This document shows, piece by piece, positions 1 through 9,102 of a stretch of 59,149 nucleotides of DNA. The DNA comes from a virus (lineage: Duplodnaviria; Caudoviricetes): positions 1-59,149 of IMG/VR virus record IMGVR_UViG_3300024518_001350, one strand, 5' to 3'. Each line of letters starts with the position of its first letter. Positions within the stretch are counted from its first letter, which is position 1. A program made the translations under genes and the position numbers. The notes below the pieces were generated by a model. The model saw nothing but the letters and a program-made list of their open reading frames with translations. It did not search any database and had not been told where the DNA came from.

Positions 1-64
1 TAATATATGCATATGGTAACTAATGACATAGAGACTGTCATATTATATGGATCTATTGACACTA

Positions 65-147
65 ACACTGTCAAAACCATATGAGTTATCGCATCGACAC
101 TGTTAAAACCATATGAGTTTGTGCATTGACACTGTTAAAACCATATG
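65..147. repeat. 32-bp-period tandem repeat (core ACACTGTYAAAACCATATG, 3 copies)
   Basis: Copies start at 65, 97 and 129; CATATG also occurs at 10, 211 and 229, with degenerate TATATG at 44. Confidence 0.9.
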
Positions 148-432
148 GTCTGGAATACCCTAACCCATCCGATCCGTTAACCCTAGGGATTTGCTATGGG
201 GTTGCTTCCCCATATGGGAAGACACACACATATGGAAATTCGACGATGATGCCACCCCCCCTTGGACAGCCGAAGGCTGGCTCAAGGTTACACTCGGAGT
301 TCACAGCCATCATTTAAGTAAAAAATAGTAAAGTTCCCCAATATTTCTCTCTCTCTAACCCACCTACACTCTTCCACACAAATTATTTTGCAAAAAATTC
401 AAATAACTGAGATAGGGAGCCTAAAAAAGCCC

Positions 433-459
433 TTGACACGAAGCCAAATGTGCTACTCT
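433..459 (+). promoter_or_regulatory. sigma70-like promoter with extended -10
   Basis: TTGACA-N15-TACTCT preceded by TGTGC; the spacer is short. Confidence 0.5.
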
Positions 460-464
460 ATGTC

Positions 465-699
465 TGAAAGAGGATAAAAGGTAGTAATATTACTAGGGAG
501 ATCCCTGTAGGGCCTCCCTGACCGTTACAAAGGGGTCTCCCTACTTAGCATCCTCTGTTCAAACTGGAAAATGTTACATGGCTCGCCCTTTTTGGGGCTC
601 GCTGTAGGGTAAATCAAGCCATACCGGTAAGGATAAATCAAGCCGTCTCCTGAGTACCGGCATTAGAAGGAACCAATTAGCCTTGGTTCCTATTTTTTT
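465..699 (+). ncRNA. candidate small non-coding RNA
   Basis: Lies between a promoter and an intrinsic terminator; 13-bp stem at 494-543, duplicated TAAATCAAGCC, no convincing + ORF. Confidence 0.35.
668..699 (+). terminator. intrinsic terminator
   Basis: AGGAACCAA-ttagcc-TTGGTTCCT followed by A and T7. Confidence 0.75.
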
Positions 700-761
700 G
701 CCAAAAATATGACTTGAATGTAAAAACTGAGCTATAATTTGAGTAAAGGGGGGGGGGTACA

Positions 762-1103
762 ATGCAAGTAGTAAGATTTATAGATGTAGCAGTTAGCTTT
801 ATTTGTGCATGTGTGGCATGGCAAATCATGTTCGGGTCTAACATTCCAGTTGAGTCCGCAGTGTCTGCACTAATTTTGTTTCCAGTGTTGGGTTTCTTAG
901 GTGTTCTCTTTGAGTTATTTAAGATTGTTTCATTCTTTGTAATATTCCTAAGCACAATGTTTGTTTTTGAGCAGCTAATCCTAATAATGAGATCCATAGG
1001 CTATGAGTATAATCATAAGATGAACCCTGGCTATTACAAAGTCCTAGATCTTAGTGATTTTCCAGAGGATGAACCCGCAAGCAGCGAAAAGGAAGATAAT
1101 TAG
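762..1103 (+). CDS. membrane protein (about 3 TM segments)
   Basis: Hydrophobic ORF; TATAAT at 733 and a G10 tract upstream. Confidence 0.7.
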   Translation: MQVVRFIDVAVSFICACVAWQIMFGSNIPVESAVSALILFPVLGFLGVLFELFKIVSFFVIFLSTMFVFEQLILIMRSIGYEYNHKMNPGYYKVLDLSDFPEDEPASSEKEDN

Positions 1104-1280
1104 ATGGGCAAGAGCCGTAAGCGTGAAGAAGATTTCATTGATGAGGAAATATCTGAAGATAAACTGGATGATCGTGAACTTAAGAAGAACAGGGTGAAGA
1201 ATAGAAGAAAGCAACTCAATAGAGCTATAGAAGAGAGCATTCTTCTTGGCATAGAACTAGATTCCTTCTATGAGAGTTGA
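1104..1280 (+). CDS. small charged hypothetical protein (58 aa, MGKSRKREEDF...), absent from the ORF track
   Basis: ATG directly after the previous TAG; fills the gap in the operon. Confidence 0.65.
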   Translation: MGKSRKREEDFIDEEISEDKLDDRELKKNRVKNRRKQLNRAIEESILLGIELDSFYES

Positions 1281-1461
1281 AGTAAATAGCATTGAAGACC
1301 TAGTTGACCTGTCTGTTGATGGAGTTGTTGACCTAACTGACCCAGAGACCGGGAGAGTTATTGTTAAAGGGGTACCTATCTCTATGACAATAGACAACAT
1401 GTCAATAGCCTCCTATGTCTGGGACTATTTAGACACTGATAACCTAATGGAGATAGAATGA
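1270..1461 (+). CDS. hypothetical protein
   Basis: Co-oriented ORF overlapping the previous gene. Confidence 0.6.
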   Translation: MRVEVNSIEDLVDLSVDGVVDLTDPETGRVIVKGVPISMTIDNMSIASYVWDYLDTDNLMEIE

Positions 1462-1462
1462 C

Positions 1463-1675
1463 ATGGAGTCAGTACTGATTCTAGTAGGTGTCCTTGTTGG
1501 ATTGATAATTTTAGTGAGATCTATAGGTAAATATGCACACATTGGGGGTAGGGGTGAAGCAAATGCAGAAAACAACGCACATGATGTCAAAATTATCAAC
1601 AGGGTCATGTCTAAGCTCCAGGGCAAGGTACCTAATATCTCTGATATTGCTAATCGTTGGCGTAATAGGATGTAG
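1463..1675 (+). CDS. putative i-spanin (Rz-like)
   Basis: Single N-terminal TM followed by a helical domain; overlapped by a lipoprotein ORF next to the endolysin. Confidence 0.6.
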   Translation: MESVLILVGVLVGLIILVRSIGKYAHIGGRGEANAENNAHDVKIINRVMSKLQGKVPNISDIANRWRNRM

Positions 1676-1838
1676 TCATGGTCGAGGAGCCGTGGTTGTG
1701 GCTCCGTGCCCAGTTCCATCAGCTTTAGCCTACTCCGAGCTAGGAACAATGAATGAATGTTGCCCTGGGATGGTAGAATACCTGGGTAGAGTTGAATTAT
1801 TGTGTGATGCACTAGGAGAGATGAGAAATGAGCGATGA
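1581..1838 (+). CDS. putative o-spanin lipoprotein (Rz1-like)
   Basis: Signal peptide LISLILLIVGVIG-C with lipobox, Pro/Cys-containing mature part, +1 overlap with the i-spanin; start uncertain. Confidence 0.6.
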   Translation: MMSKLSTGSCLSSRARYLISLILLIVGVIGCSHGRGAVVVAPCPVPSALAYSELGTMNECCPGMVEYLGRVELLCDALGEMRNER

Positions 1839-2163
1839 CCCAAGGCTACCACTCAGTCCGTGTGAGTTTGACTCCATGTGTAGGAGGTTGGAGAGAGTCT
1901 TTCCTGACCTCTCACAGACTAGCGGCAAGAGGTCTGCTGCTAGAAACCAAAAAGTAGGAGGTAACCCATTATCTAAACACCTGCTTGGTATGGCAAGGGA
2001 TTATGGAACAGATAGTGAGCCAGACAAGGCTATGCAGGACCACTATTCTGCGATAGCTATTTCTCTGGGGCTTTGGCCTCTCTACCATGATAACCACTTG
2101 CATGTCCAAGGGCTACCCCCTGGGGAGATCCCCCGGTGGTGGAGGGAACGGTACTTAGGTTAA
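1828..2163 (+). CDS. endolysin, peptidase M15 family
   Basis: TSGxRSxxxNxxVGG, SxHxxGxAxD and HxH Zn motifs. Confidence 0.85.
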   Translation: MSDDPRLPLSPCEFDSMCRRLERVFPDLSQTSGKRSAARNQKVGGNPLSKHLLGMARDYGTDSEPDKAMQDHYSAIAISLGLWPLYHDNHLHVQGLPPGEIPRWWRERYLG

Positions 2164-2179
2164 GGAGATTATAGAAAAG

Positions 2180-2245
2180 CCGCTAGGGGTAGGGTAGGCT
2201 CTTCGATCCCTCTCCCCTTTAGGAGGGTTTATCCTCCCCTATCGG
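2180..2245 (+). promoter_or_regulatory. long GU-rich hairpin upstream of terL
   Basis: CCGCTAGGGGTAGGGTAGGCTCTTC pairs with GGAGGGTTTATCCTCCCCTATCGG. Confidence 0.4.
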
Positions 2246-2277
2246 TGATATGATGGATGTGTTTGAATTACCAATAG

Positions 2278-3858
2278 GTGTATGGTATACTAATCGAAAT
2301 AGCACCCGAGGGAACTTTGCAAATAGAGATACGCGAAAAGATATATGACAATCTTAAGCACCTCAGTGAGCCTGATGCCAAGCGGGTATTTATACTTCTT
2401 GAGGAACTAGATAAGCGAGAATTTCGTAGCAAGACAGCAAATAGTTTCATAGACTACACGAAGACAATCTGGCCTGAGTTTATATCTGGAACACATCACA
2501 AGATAATGGCGGATGCCTTTGATAGAATAGTTGGTGGTGACCTTAAGAGACTCATTGTCAACATGCCACCTCGTCATACGAAAAGTGAGTTTGCATCATG
2601 GTTACTTCCCTCTTATTTCCTGGGCAAGTACCCTGATAAAAAGTTAATACAAGCATCGCATACAGCAGAGCTGGCACAGAGTTTTGGTCGTCGTGTAAGG
2701 AATCTTATCGACAGTGACGAGTATAAGGATGTATTTCCTGGCGTTCTGCTGAGTAGTGACAGTAAATCAGCGGGTAGATGGAATACAGACAAGGGCGGAA
2801 GCTACTTTGCAATTGGTGTAGGTGGAGCTATAGCGGGTAGAGGTGCTGATCTATTCATAATTGATGATCCGCATTCAGAGCAAGATGCCTATGGTAATGA
2901 CACAAAGTCCTTCGATCTAGTACATGAGTGGTTCACATCAGGACCAAGACAGAGATTGCAGCCAAACGGTGCCATCGTTATTGTGATGACCCGGTGGCAT
3001 AAGAATGATCTAACAGGAAAGATATTAAAAGACTCTCTTGAGAGAGAAGGATCAGATGAGTGGGAGCTAATAGAATTCCCAGCTATCCTTCCTTCGGGGA
3101 GTCCTGTGTGGCCGGAATACTGGTCAGAGGATTTGTTATTATCTTTAAAGGCCGAACTCCCTGTGGGCAAGTGGATGGCGCAGTACATGCAAAATCCATC
3201 AGCAGAAGAGGGGGCCTTGGTGAAGCGGGAGTGGTGGAAGTTATGGGAGGGAGACCCACCACCGGTCAAGTACATCATAATGTCGCTTGACACTGCCTTC
3301 ACCAAAAACACGAAGAATGATCCAACAGCTTGTACAGTGTGGGGCATTTTTGAGGAAGAGAATGCAGAGACTGGAAAAAGTATAGATAGTATAATACTAC
3401 TGGACGCATGGGATGCTTACTTAGAATTCCCAGAGCTGAAGCAGAGAGTCAAGCTAGAGTATACAGAGAAGTGGAAACCAGACCTACTGCTCATAGAGAA
3501 CAGAGGATCTGGTCAGCCATTGATACAGGAGCTAAGGAACGCAGGCATCATGTGTACTGAGTTCACTCCAACCAGAGGCAAGGCTAGTCAGAAGACACCT
3601 GACAAGATAGTAAGAGTTAATAGTATAACTGATATGTTCTCAAGCGGAATCATATATAGGCCCAACAAGAGATGGGCAGAAAAGGTCATGCATCAGTTCG
3701 CAGAGTTCCCAAACGGTGACCATGATGATTATGTGGACAGTGGGACGCAGGCATTGATGAGATTCAGGCAGGGAGGATTCGTAAGGCTAGAGTCTGACGA
3801 TCAGGATGATGACGATGAATTCTATTCTAAGAAGAGGAAACGGAGGAAGTACTACTAA
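2278..3858 (+). CDS. terL: terminase large subunit
   Basis: Walker A-like MPPRHTKS, Walker B IIDDPH, C-terminal nuclease with HDDYVD; start may be TTG at 2317. Confidence 0.97.
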   Translation: MYGILIEIAPEGTLQIEIREKIYDNLKHLSEPDAKRVFILLEELDKREFRSKTANSFIDYTKTIWPEFISGTHHKIMADAFDRIVGGDLKRLIVNMPPRHTKSEFASWLLPSYFLGKYPDKKLIQASHTAELAQSFGRRVRNLIDSDEYKDVFPGVLLSSDSKSAGRWNTDKGGSYFAIGVGGAIAGRGADLFIIDDPHSEQDAYGNDTKSFDLVHEWFTSGPRQRLQPNGAIVIVMTRWHKNDLTGKILKDSLEREGSDEWELIEFPAILPSGSPVWPEYWSEDLLLSLKAELPVGKWMAQYMQNPSAEEGALVKREWWKLWEGDPPPVKYIIMSLDTAFTKNTKNDPTACTVWGIFEEENAETGKSIDSIILLDAWDAYLEFPELKQRVKLEYTEKWKPDLLLIENRGSGQPLIQELRNAGIMCTEFTPTRGKASQKTPDKIVRVNSITDMFSSGIIYRPNKRWAEKVMHQFAEFPNGDHDDYVDSGTQALMRFRQGGFVRLESDDQDDDDEFYSKKRKRRKYY

Positions 3859-3935
3859 TGGCTAAATGCAAATGTGTAGACTGTGAATGTGTGGAATGTA
3901 AATGCTCCGAAGAATCTGAAGAGGGTAATGACTAG
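3858..3935 (+). CDS. 25-aa Cys-rich metallothionein-like micropeptide (MAKCKCVDCECVECKCSEESEEGND), absent from the ORF track
   Basis: GGAGG at 3842; TAATG overlap with the terL stop and TAGTG overlap with the portal start; (CxC)3 motif. Confidence 0.6.
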   Translation: MAKCKCVDCECVECKCSEESEEGND

Positions 3936-6451
3936 TGGCTATTGATAAATCAGCAGAACCATTCACCTACGCTCAGGATGTCAACCCTGAACTCATAGTG
4001 GATATTGAGTTTGACTCTGAACTCCAAGTACCATCTATCACTGAAGAGGAGGATGGTGGTGTTCTTATAGATCTAGATGGTGGAACAGACGTTGAATATG
4101 AGGTTGATGAGAGCTTCGGTGCCAATTTAGCGGAGAGTATTGACGAAGATAGGCTTGATCTACTCGCATCTGACATAATTGGTCAGTTTAACGCGGACAT
4201 CAATTCAAGGAAAGATTGGGCAGATACCTACGTTAGAGGGCTAAAATACCTTGGATTTGACGTAAAAGAGAAGAATGATCCATGGGAAGGGGCATGTAGC
4301 GTTATCCATCCCCTCATATCTGAGGCTGTTGTTAGGTTCCAATCTCAGGCTATAACAGAACTTATGCCAGCAGATGGGCCTGTAAAGGTTAAGCTGGTCG
4401 GTATACAGGATGATGAGAAGCTAGGACAGGCCAATAGAGTCAAGGACTATATGAACTATACCTTGACCGAGAGGATCACAGACTACAGGCCAGAGACAGA
4501 GAAGATGCTATTCGGCTTAGGGGTAACTGGATCAGCATTCAAGAAAGTTTACTACGACAGCATCAGGGATATACCAGTATCAGAGTTTGTACCGGCAGAA
4601 GACCTTGTAGTCAATTACGGTGCTAAGAATTTACAAACAGCAGAGAGGATCACTCATGTTGTAAAGGTATATGAAAACGATTTCAAGAAGCATGTTGCGA
4701 GGGGCTTCTACAGAGACGCAGAGATGTCTGACCCTGTTAACTTCCAGTCTGACATTGAAAGAGAGAAGGATAGACTGAACGGTACGACACCTGTGGATTA
4801 CAATGATGGAAGATATACCCTCCTTGAACACCACTGCGAATATGATTTATATGGATATGAAGACAAGGACGAAGAAGGAGAAGAGACTGGTATAGGTCTT
4901 CCTTATGTAGTTACTGTTTGTATGAGTTCCAATAAGGTACTCTCTATCCGAAGGAACTGGGAAGAGGGTGATGAGAAGAAGCTCAAGATTAACCACTTCG
5001 TACAATATGAGTATGTTCCGGGGACTGGGTTCTACGGTTTCGGTCTGACCCATTTGGTTGGCGGGATAGCTGAGTCCTCCACATCCATACTACAGCAGCT
5101 TGTAGATGCAGGGGTTCTATCAAACCTCCCCGGGGGATTGAAGGCTAAGGGTATGCGTATACAGGGTGACGACACTCCTATAGCCCCTGCTGAGTGGAGA
5201 GATGTTGATATTGGTGGCGGGAGTATTCGTGATAATATTTTCCCTCTGCCGTACAAAGAGCCTAGTATGGTGCTGCTAACTCTCCTTAAGGGAATGGTTG
5301 AGGATGGCAGAAGGTTTGCATCTCTAAACGATATACAAGCATCTGAGATGAACAACCAAGCCCCCGTGGGTACTACGTTAGCCATCATAGAACGCACTAT
5401 GAAGGTGATGACAGCTATTTTCGCTAGACTCCATGCATCAGCCAGAAAAGAGTATAACCTCCTTTCTGATGTGATTAGAGACTACGAAGGTCCAGAATAT
5501 CCTTACGACCTTGGGTCTAACACTGATAAGAAGCTTGATGACTTCAGCGCACAGGTTGATGTACTTCCTGTATCTGACCCAAATGCATCGACAATGGCTC
5601 AGAGAATCATGCAAAGCCAGAATGTTCTACAGTTGGTACAGATGAAGCCAGAGATATATGACATAAGGAAGATACACAAGCAGATGCTTACGGCTATGAA
5701 TGTTCCTGATGTAGATGAGTACATCCCTGCCGAGGAGTCCGAGGAACCCAAGGATCCTGCTACTGAGAATATGTACATGATTATGGGCAAACCTACAAAG
5801 GTGTTCATGTGGCAGGACCATGAGGCCCATATAATCACTCATATGACTGCTGCTGAAGATCCTAAGCTGGTGGGTGCATTGAGTATGTCACCTTCTGCAC
5901 CAGCCATGCAGGCAGCATTGGCTGCCCATGTGACTGAGCATGTAGCCTATTTATATAGGAGAACCATAGAGGAGAACATGGGTATACCAATGCCTAGCCC
6001 GGACGAGGAGCTTCCCAAGTCCATTGAGATGGCATTTTCTAAGGTTGTAGCTGAGGCTGCAAAGAAGACTTTACAGAGCAGTATCGCAGAGATACAGAAC
6101 CAGAAGGCAAATGCGGAAGCAGAGGATCCTCTTCTTAAGATGCAGGAGAGGGAGTTGGCTATCAAGGAGATGGATGCTCAGCGTAGGTCATCGGAGTCTC
6201 AGCAAAAGCTACAGCTTGACACCCTGAAGATAGTCTCTGATATAGGCTTCAAGGAGAAAGAATCTGAGATAGGTGAGATAGAAGTTGCTATAAATATCAT
6301 AACGAAGATGCTTGAACAGAATGCAGATAATGCTAATGAACAGGCTAAACTACAGATAGAATCAGCTAAAGCTGGCGTAGAGACCATAAAGATGGTATTA
6401 TCTGGATTTGACAGCATAAAAGATTTAGGGATATTAGGGGAGAATAAATGA
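3935..6451 (+). CDS. portal protein
   Basis: Follows terL; P22-like portal features (HPLISEAVVRFQ, GFYGFGL) and a C-terminal coiled coil. Confidence 0.92.
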   Translation: MAIDKSAEPFTYAQDVNPELIVDIEFDSELQVPSITEEEDGGVLIDLDGGTDVEYEVDESFGANLAESIDEDRLDLLASDIIGQFNADINSRKDWADTYVRGLKYLGFDVKEKNDPWEGACSVIHPLISEAVVRFQSQAITELMPADGPVKVKLVGIQDDEKLGQANRVKDYMNYTLTERITDYRPETEKMLFGLGVTGSAFKKVYYDSIRDIPVSEFVPAEDLVVNYGAKNLQTAERITHVVKVYENDFKKHVARGFYRDAEMSDPVNFQSDIEREKDRLNGTTPVDYNDGRYTLLEHHCEYDLYGYEDKDEEGEETGIGLPYVVTVCMSSNKVLSIRRNWEEGDEKKLKINHFVQYEYVPGTGFYGFGLTHLVGGIAESSTSILQQLVDAGVLSNLPGGLKAKGMRIQGDDTPIAPAEWRDVDIGGGSIRDNIFPLPYKEPSMVLLTLLKGMVEDGRRFASLNDIQASEMNNQAPVGTTLAIIERTMKVMTAIFARLHASARKEYNLLSDVIRDYEGPEYPYDLGSNTDKKLDDFSAQVDVLPVSDPNASTMAQRIMQSQNVLQLVQMKPEIYDIRKIHKQMLTAMNVPDVDEYIPAEESEEPKDPATENMYMIMGKPTKVFMWQDHEAHIITHMTAAEDPKLVGALSMSPSAPAMQAALAAHVTEHVAYLYRRTIEENMGIPMPSPDEELPKSIEMAFSKVVAEAAKKTLQSSIAEIQNQKANAEAEDPLLKMQERELAIKEMDAQRRSSESQQKLQLDTLKIVSDIGFKEKESEIGEIEVAINIITKMLEQNADNANEQAKLQIESAKAGVETIKMVLSGFDSIKDLGILGENK

Positions 6452-6633
6452 TAGAAGAACTGATTAGAATTGTAGGTAGCCGCAAGGAGTCATTGACTCA
6501 TGGATTGACACATGGAAATGCAAAATCATTTGAGGATTATGCAAAGTTCGTTGGGCAGATAACGACTCTAGAGGATGTAGAGAACACTATAGAGGACTTG
6601 GTTAAGAAAGCAAATGGTGTAGATTTAACATAG
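6448..6633 (+). CDS. small hypothetical protein
   Basis: ATGA-coupled to the portal gene. Confidence 0.7.
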   Translation: MIEELIRIVGSRKESLTHGLTHGNAKSFEDYAKFVGQITTLEDVENTIEDLVKKANGVDLT

Positions 6634-6653
6634 TTTTATATAAGGGGGAATTA

Positions 6654-7016
6654 ATGGGAGAGAGCAAGAGAAAGAAGGAAAAAGCAAAGTTATTGCCAGA
6701 CCCAGTGGGCTACAGGCTACTGGTTACACCAATAGAAGTAGAAGAGAAATCTGTTGGTGGCATTTTTATACCCGATGACTTAAGAGATCGTGAATCAATT
6801 GCAACTGTAATCGCAATGGTAATTAAACTTGGACCATCTGCCTACAAGGACTCTGCAAAGTTTCCCGATGGGCCTTGGTGCAAGGAAGGTGATTTTATTC
6901 TTATTCGTCCTTACCAGGGAACTAGAGTCAAGGTAAAGGGTACTGAGTTTAGGATTATCAACGATGATACAGTTGAAGCAGTTGTCCAAGATCCTAGAGG
7001 AGTAGAACGAGCATGA
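6654..7016 (+). CDS. groES: co-chaperonin GroES (Cpn10)
   Basis: PVGYRLLV, GGIFIP mobile loop, EFRIINDDTVEAVV. Confidence 0.92.
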   Translation: MGESKRKKEKAKLLPDPVGYRLLVTPIEVEEKSVGGIFIPDDLRDRESIATVIAMVIKLGPSAYKDSAKFPDGPWCKEGDFILIRPYQGTRVKVKGTEFRIINDDTVEAVVQDPRGVERA

Positions 7017-7975
7017 GTGAGCAAGCAGAGCAAGCAAACGATGATCTATTTGGTAACAAAAGAAATGAAGTAATCATTAACAGCGGTGCTGAAGGTGAAG
7101 GTGGAGAAGAAGTTGAGTTTGAAATCTTCGATGCCAGACCGGAAGAAGATCAAGTCGCTCCAAGAGTAGGGCCAGACCCCTCAGAGAGTGAGTTTGATTC
7201 AGAGATAGAAGGTGTTGATGCAAAGGTTAAGAAGCGAATCAATAGACTAAGATATGAATTCCATGAACAACGTAGAGCTAAAGATACTGCTGAGAGAGAA
7301 CGCGATGAAGCTGTCGTGTACGCACAATCTCTACAGAATATAGTAAAAAAAGGTGAAGAAGTTCTATTAGGTCAGCTTAAGGCTAAGAACTCAATAGAAC
7401 TAGAGAACGCTAGGAAAGAAGCTAAGGTAGCATTTGAAGAAGGTGATGCTGAAGGCTTTACCAAGGCACAGGAAAACTTAAATAGAGTAAACTATGAGGG
7501 GATGGTTGCCAATTCATATATTCCTAATAGTGGTCAAGAGCAGTTTGAAGGACAACAACAATCTCAGCAAGTACAGCAAGAACAACCAGTAGTTGATGAG
7601 TATGCTCTACAATGGAAAAACAATAACCCTTGGTACGGCAAGGATCCTGCATTGACAGGATATGCGTTAAGTGTACATAATGAACTTATTAATGGTGGTG
7701 TAGATCCTGTCTCAAATAGAGACGAATACTATGGAACAATTAACAGTAAGGTTAGGGATCAGTTCCCTGACAAGTTTGGAGATGTCTCACAAAGCCCACC
7801 GGGGGCAACCGCAAGACAATCCAAGCAATCCGTCGTTGCACCAGCTAGGAGAACTTCTGCTGGTACTCGACGCAAAGTGCGGTTAACCGAGGATCAAGTC
7901 AACCTCGCGAAAAGACTTGGCGTCCCACTAGAAGAATATGCTAGGCAAATGAACCTGCTGCAAGGAGACAACTAA
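7013..7975 (+). CDS. putative scaffolding protein
   Basis: Acidic coiled coil with C-terminal LTEDQVNLAKRLGVPLEEYA; lies between portal and MCP. Confidence 0.75.
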   Translation: MSEQAEQANDDLFGNKRNEVIINSGAEGEGGEEVEFEIFDARPEEDQVAPRVGPDPSESEFDSEIEGVDAKVKKRINRLRYEFHEQRRAKDTAERERDEAVVYAQSLQNIVKKGEEVLLGQLKAKNSIELENARKEAKVAFEEGDAEGFTKAQENLNRVNYEGMVANSYIPNSGQEQFEGQQQSQQVQQEQPVVDEYALQWKNNNPWYGKDPALTGYALSVHNELINGGVDPVSNRDEYYGTINSKVRDQFPDKFGDVSQSPPGATARQSKQSVVAPARRTSAGTRRKVRLTEDQVNLAKRLGVPLEEYARQMNLLQGDN

Positions 7976-8431
7976 ATGGTAGAAGAAAATCGTGTAAAAA
8001 GAAAGACCGAGACGAGAGAAGTAGAACAACGTGATCAACCTTGGACTCCACCCAAATTACTTCCTAGCCCAGATCCGCAGGAAGGCTATGTCTTCCGATG
8101 GGTAAGGAGTGCTACTAGAGGAAGTCTTGATAATAAGAATGTCTCACAGAAGCTTAGAAGTGGATGGGTTCCATGCAAGGCTGAAGATCATGATGAGCTT
8201 ATGGTTATGTCCGATCTGAACTCAAACTTTGAAGGAAACATAGAAGTGGGAGGAATGCTTCTATGTAAGAGAACAGTTGAGGAGTCTCAGAGAGAAAGAG
8301 ACTACGTTTCCAGAGTTAATCAAGCACAGAACGAAGGTGTTGATCGAAACTTCATGAAGGAAGAAAACGAGGCTATGCCTCTCTACTCGGAGAAAAGAAC
8401 AGAGGTGACATTTGGTGGTGGACGCAAGTAG
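7976..8431 (+). CDS. head-module hypothetical protein
   Basis: GYVFRWVR and GGMLLCK motifs typical of the gene preceding the capsid in such phages. Confidence 0.7.
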   Translation: MVEENRVKRKTETREVEQRDQPWTPPKLLPSPDPQEGYVFRWVRSATRGSLDNKNVSQKLRSGWVPCKAEDHDELMVMSDLNSNFEGNIEVGGMLLCKRTVEESQRERDYVSRVNQAQNEGVDRNFMKEENEAMPLYSEKRTEVTFGGGRK

Positions 8432-8474
8432 AGATACTACTTGGCTATCACCAATTAAATAAGGAGATAGTCAA

Positions 8475-9083
8475 ATGGCAGGATATGGATTAAGACCTGT
8501 TGGCAAAGGTGGGACTACAATAACAGACTACGATAGTGGTGGTTTCTGGGAGTATCCCATTGCTGATGGTTCAACTATTAAGTTCTACAATGGTGATACC
8601 GTAGAGTTGGGTACTGATGGATATGCTATCAGGGCTGGTGGGGCTGCTGGTCAGAGCCCAACTAGTGTCGATGGGTTTCGACCCATTGGTGTAGCTGTTG
8701 GTTTTAAGTATACCAATTCTAGTAGTACTCCAGTTTGGAGTCAATGGTATGATGGTAATGCAGCTAACACCAATATTAGTGTAATGTGTGCAGACGACCC
8801 TAATCAGATATTTATGATTAGGTCATCTGGTGATACCACGTTTGCAGATGTTGGGTTCAATGCACAGTTAGCTACAACTAATGTGACTGATGCTAATGAT
8901 ATAACTGGTGTATCTGGTATAACATTGAATGATGCTACGATTGCGGCTACGGCGACTTTTGGTCTTAGGATTGTTGGCAATGCTAATCAGGAAGCAACTA
9001 CAGCTACGACACGGGATGTACTCGTTCGTTTTAATCATGGTACACATGCTACCACTAACCCCACTGGGACAACGGCAGAATAG
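8475..9083 (+). CDS. capsid decoration/cement-like protein
   Basis: GLRPV start, beta-rich, strong RBS, directly before the MCP. Confidence 0.65.
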   Translation: MAGYGLRPVGKGGTTITDYDSGGFWEYPIADGSTIKFYNGDTVELGTDGYAIRAGGAAGQSPTSVDGFRPIGVAVGFKYTNSSSTPVWSQWYDGNAANTNISVMCADDPNQIFMIRSSGDTTFADVGFNAQLATTNVTDANDITGVSGITLNDATIAATATFGLRIVGNANQEATTATTRDVLVRFNHGTHATTNPTGTTAE

Positions 9084-9102
9084 CCTAAGGAAGGAGTAAA
9101 TC

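Noticed and set aside
65-147. Mini CRISPR array
   Set aside because: The intervening 13-mers are too short and resemble each other; it is a tandem repeat, and no cas operon is present
126-317. 63-aa ORF
   Set aside because: TTG start inside the repeat array, no RBS, non-coding control context
3800-3858. NLS-like KKRKRRK at the TerL C-terminus
   Set aside because: Acidic-then-basic tails ending in YY are common in this terminase group; no eukaryotic signal
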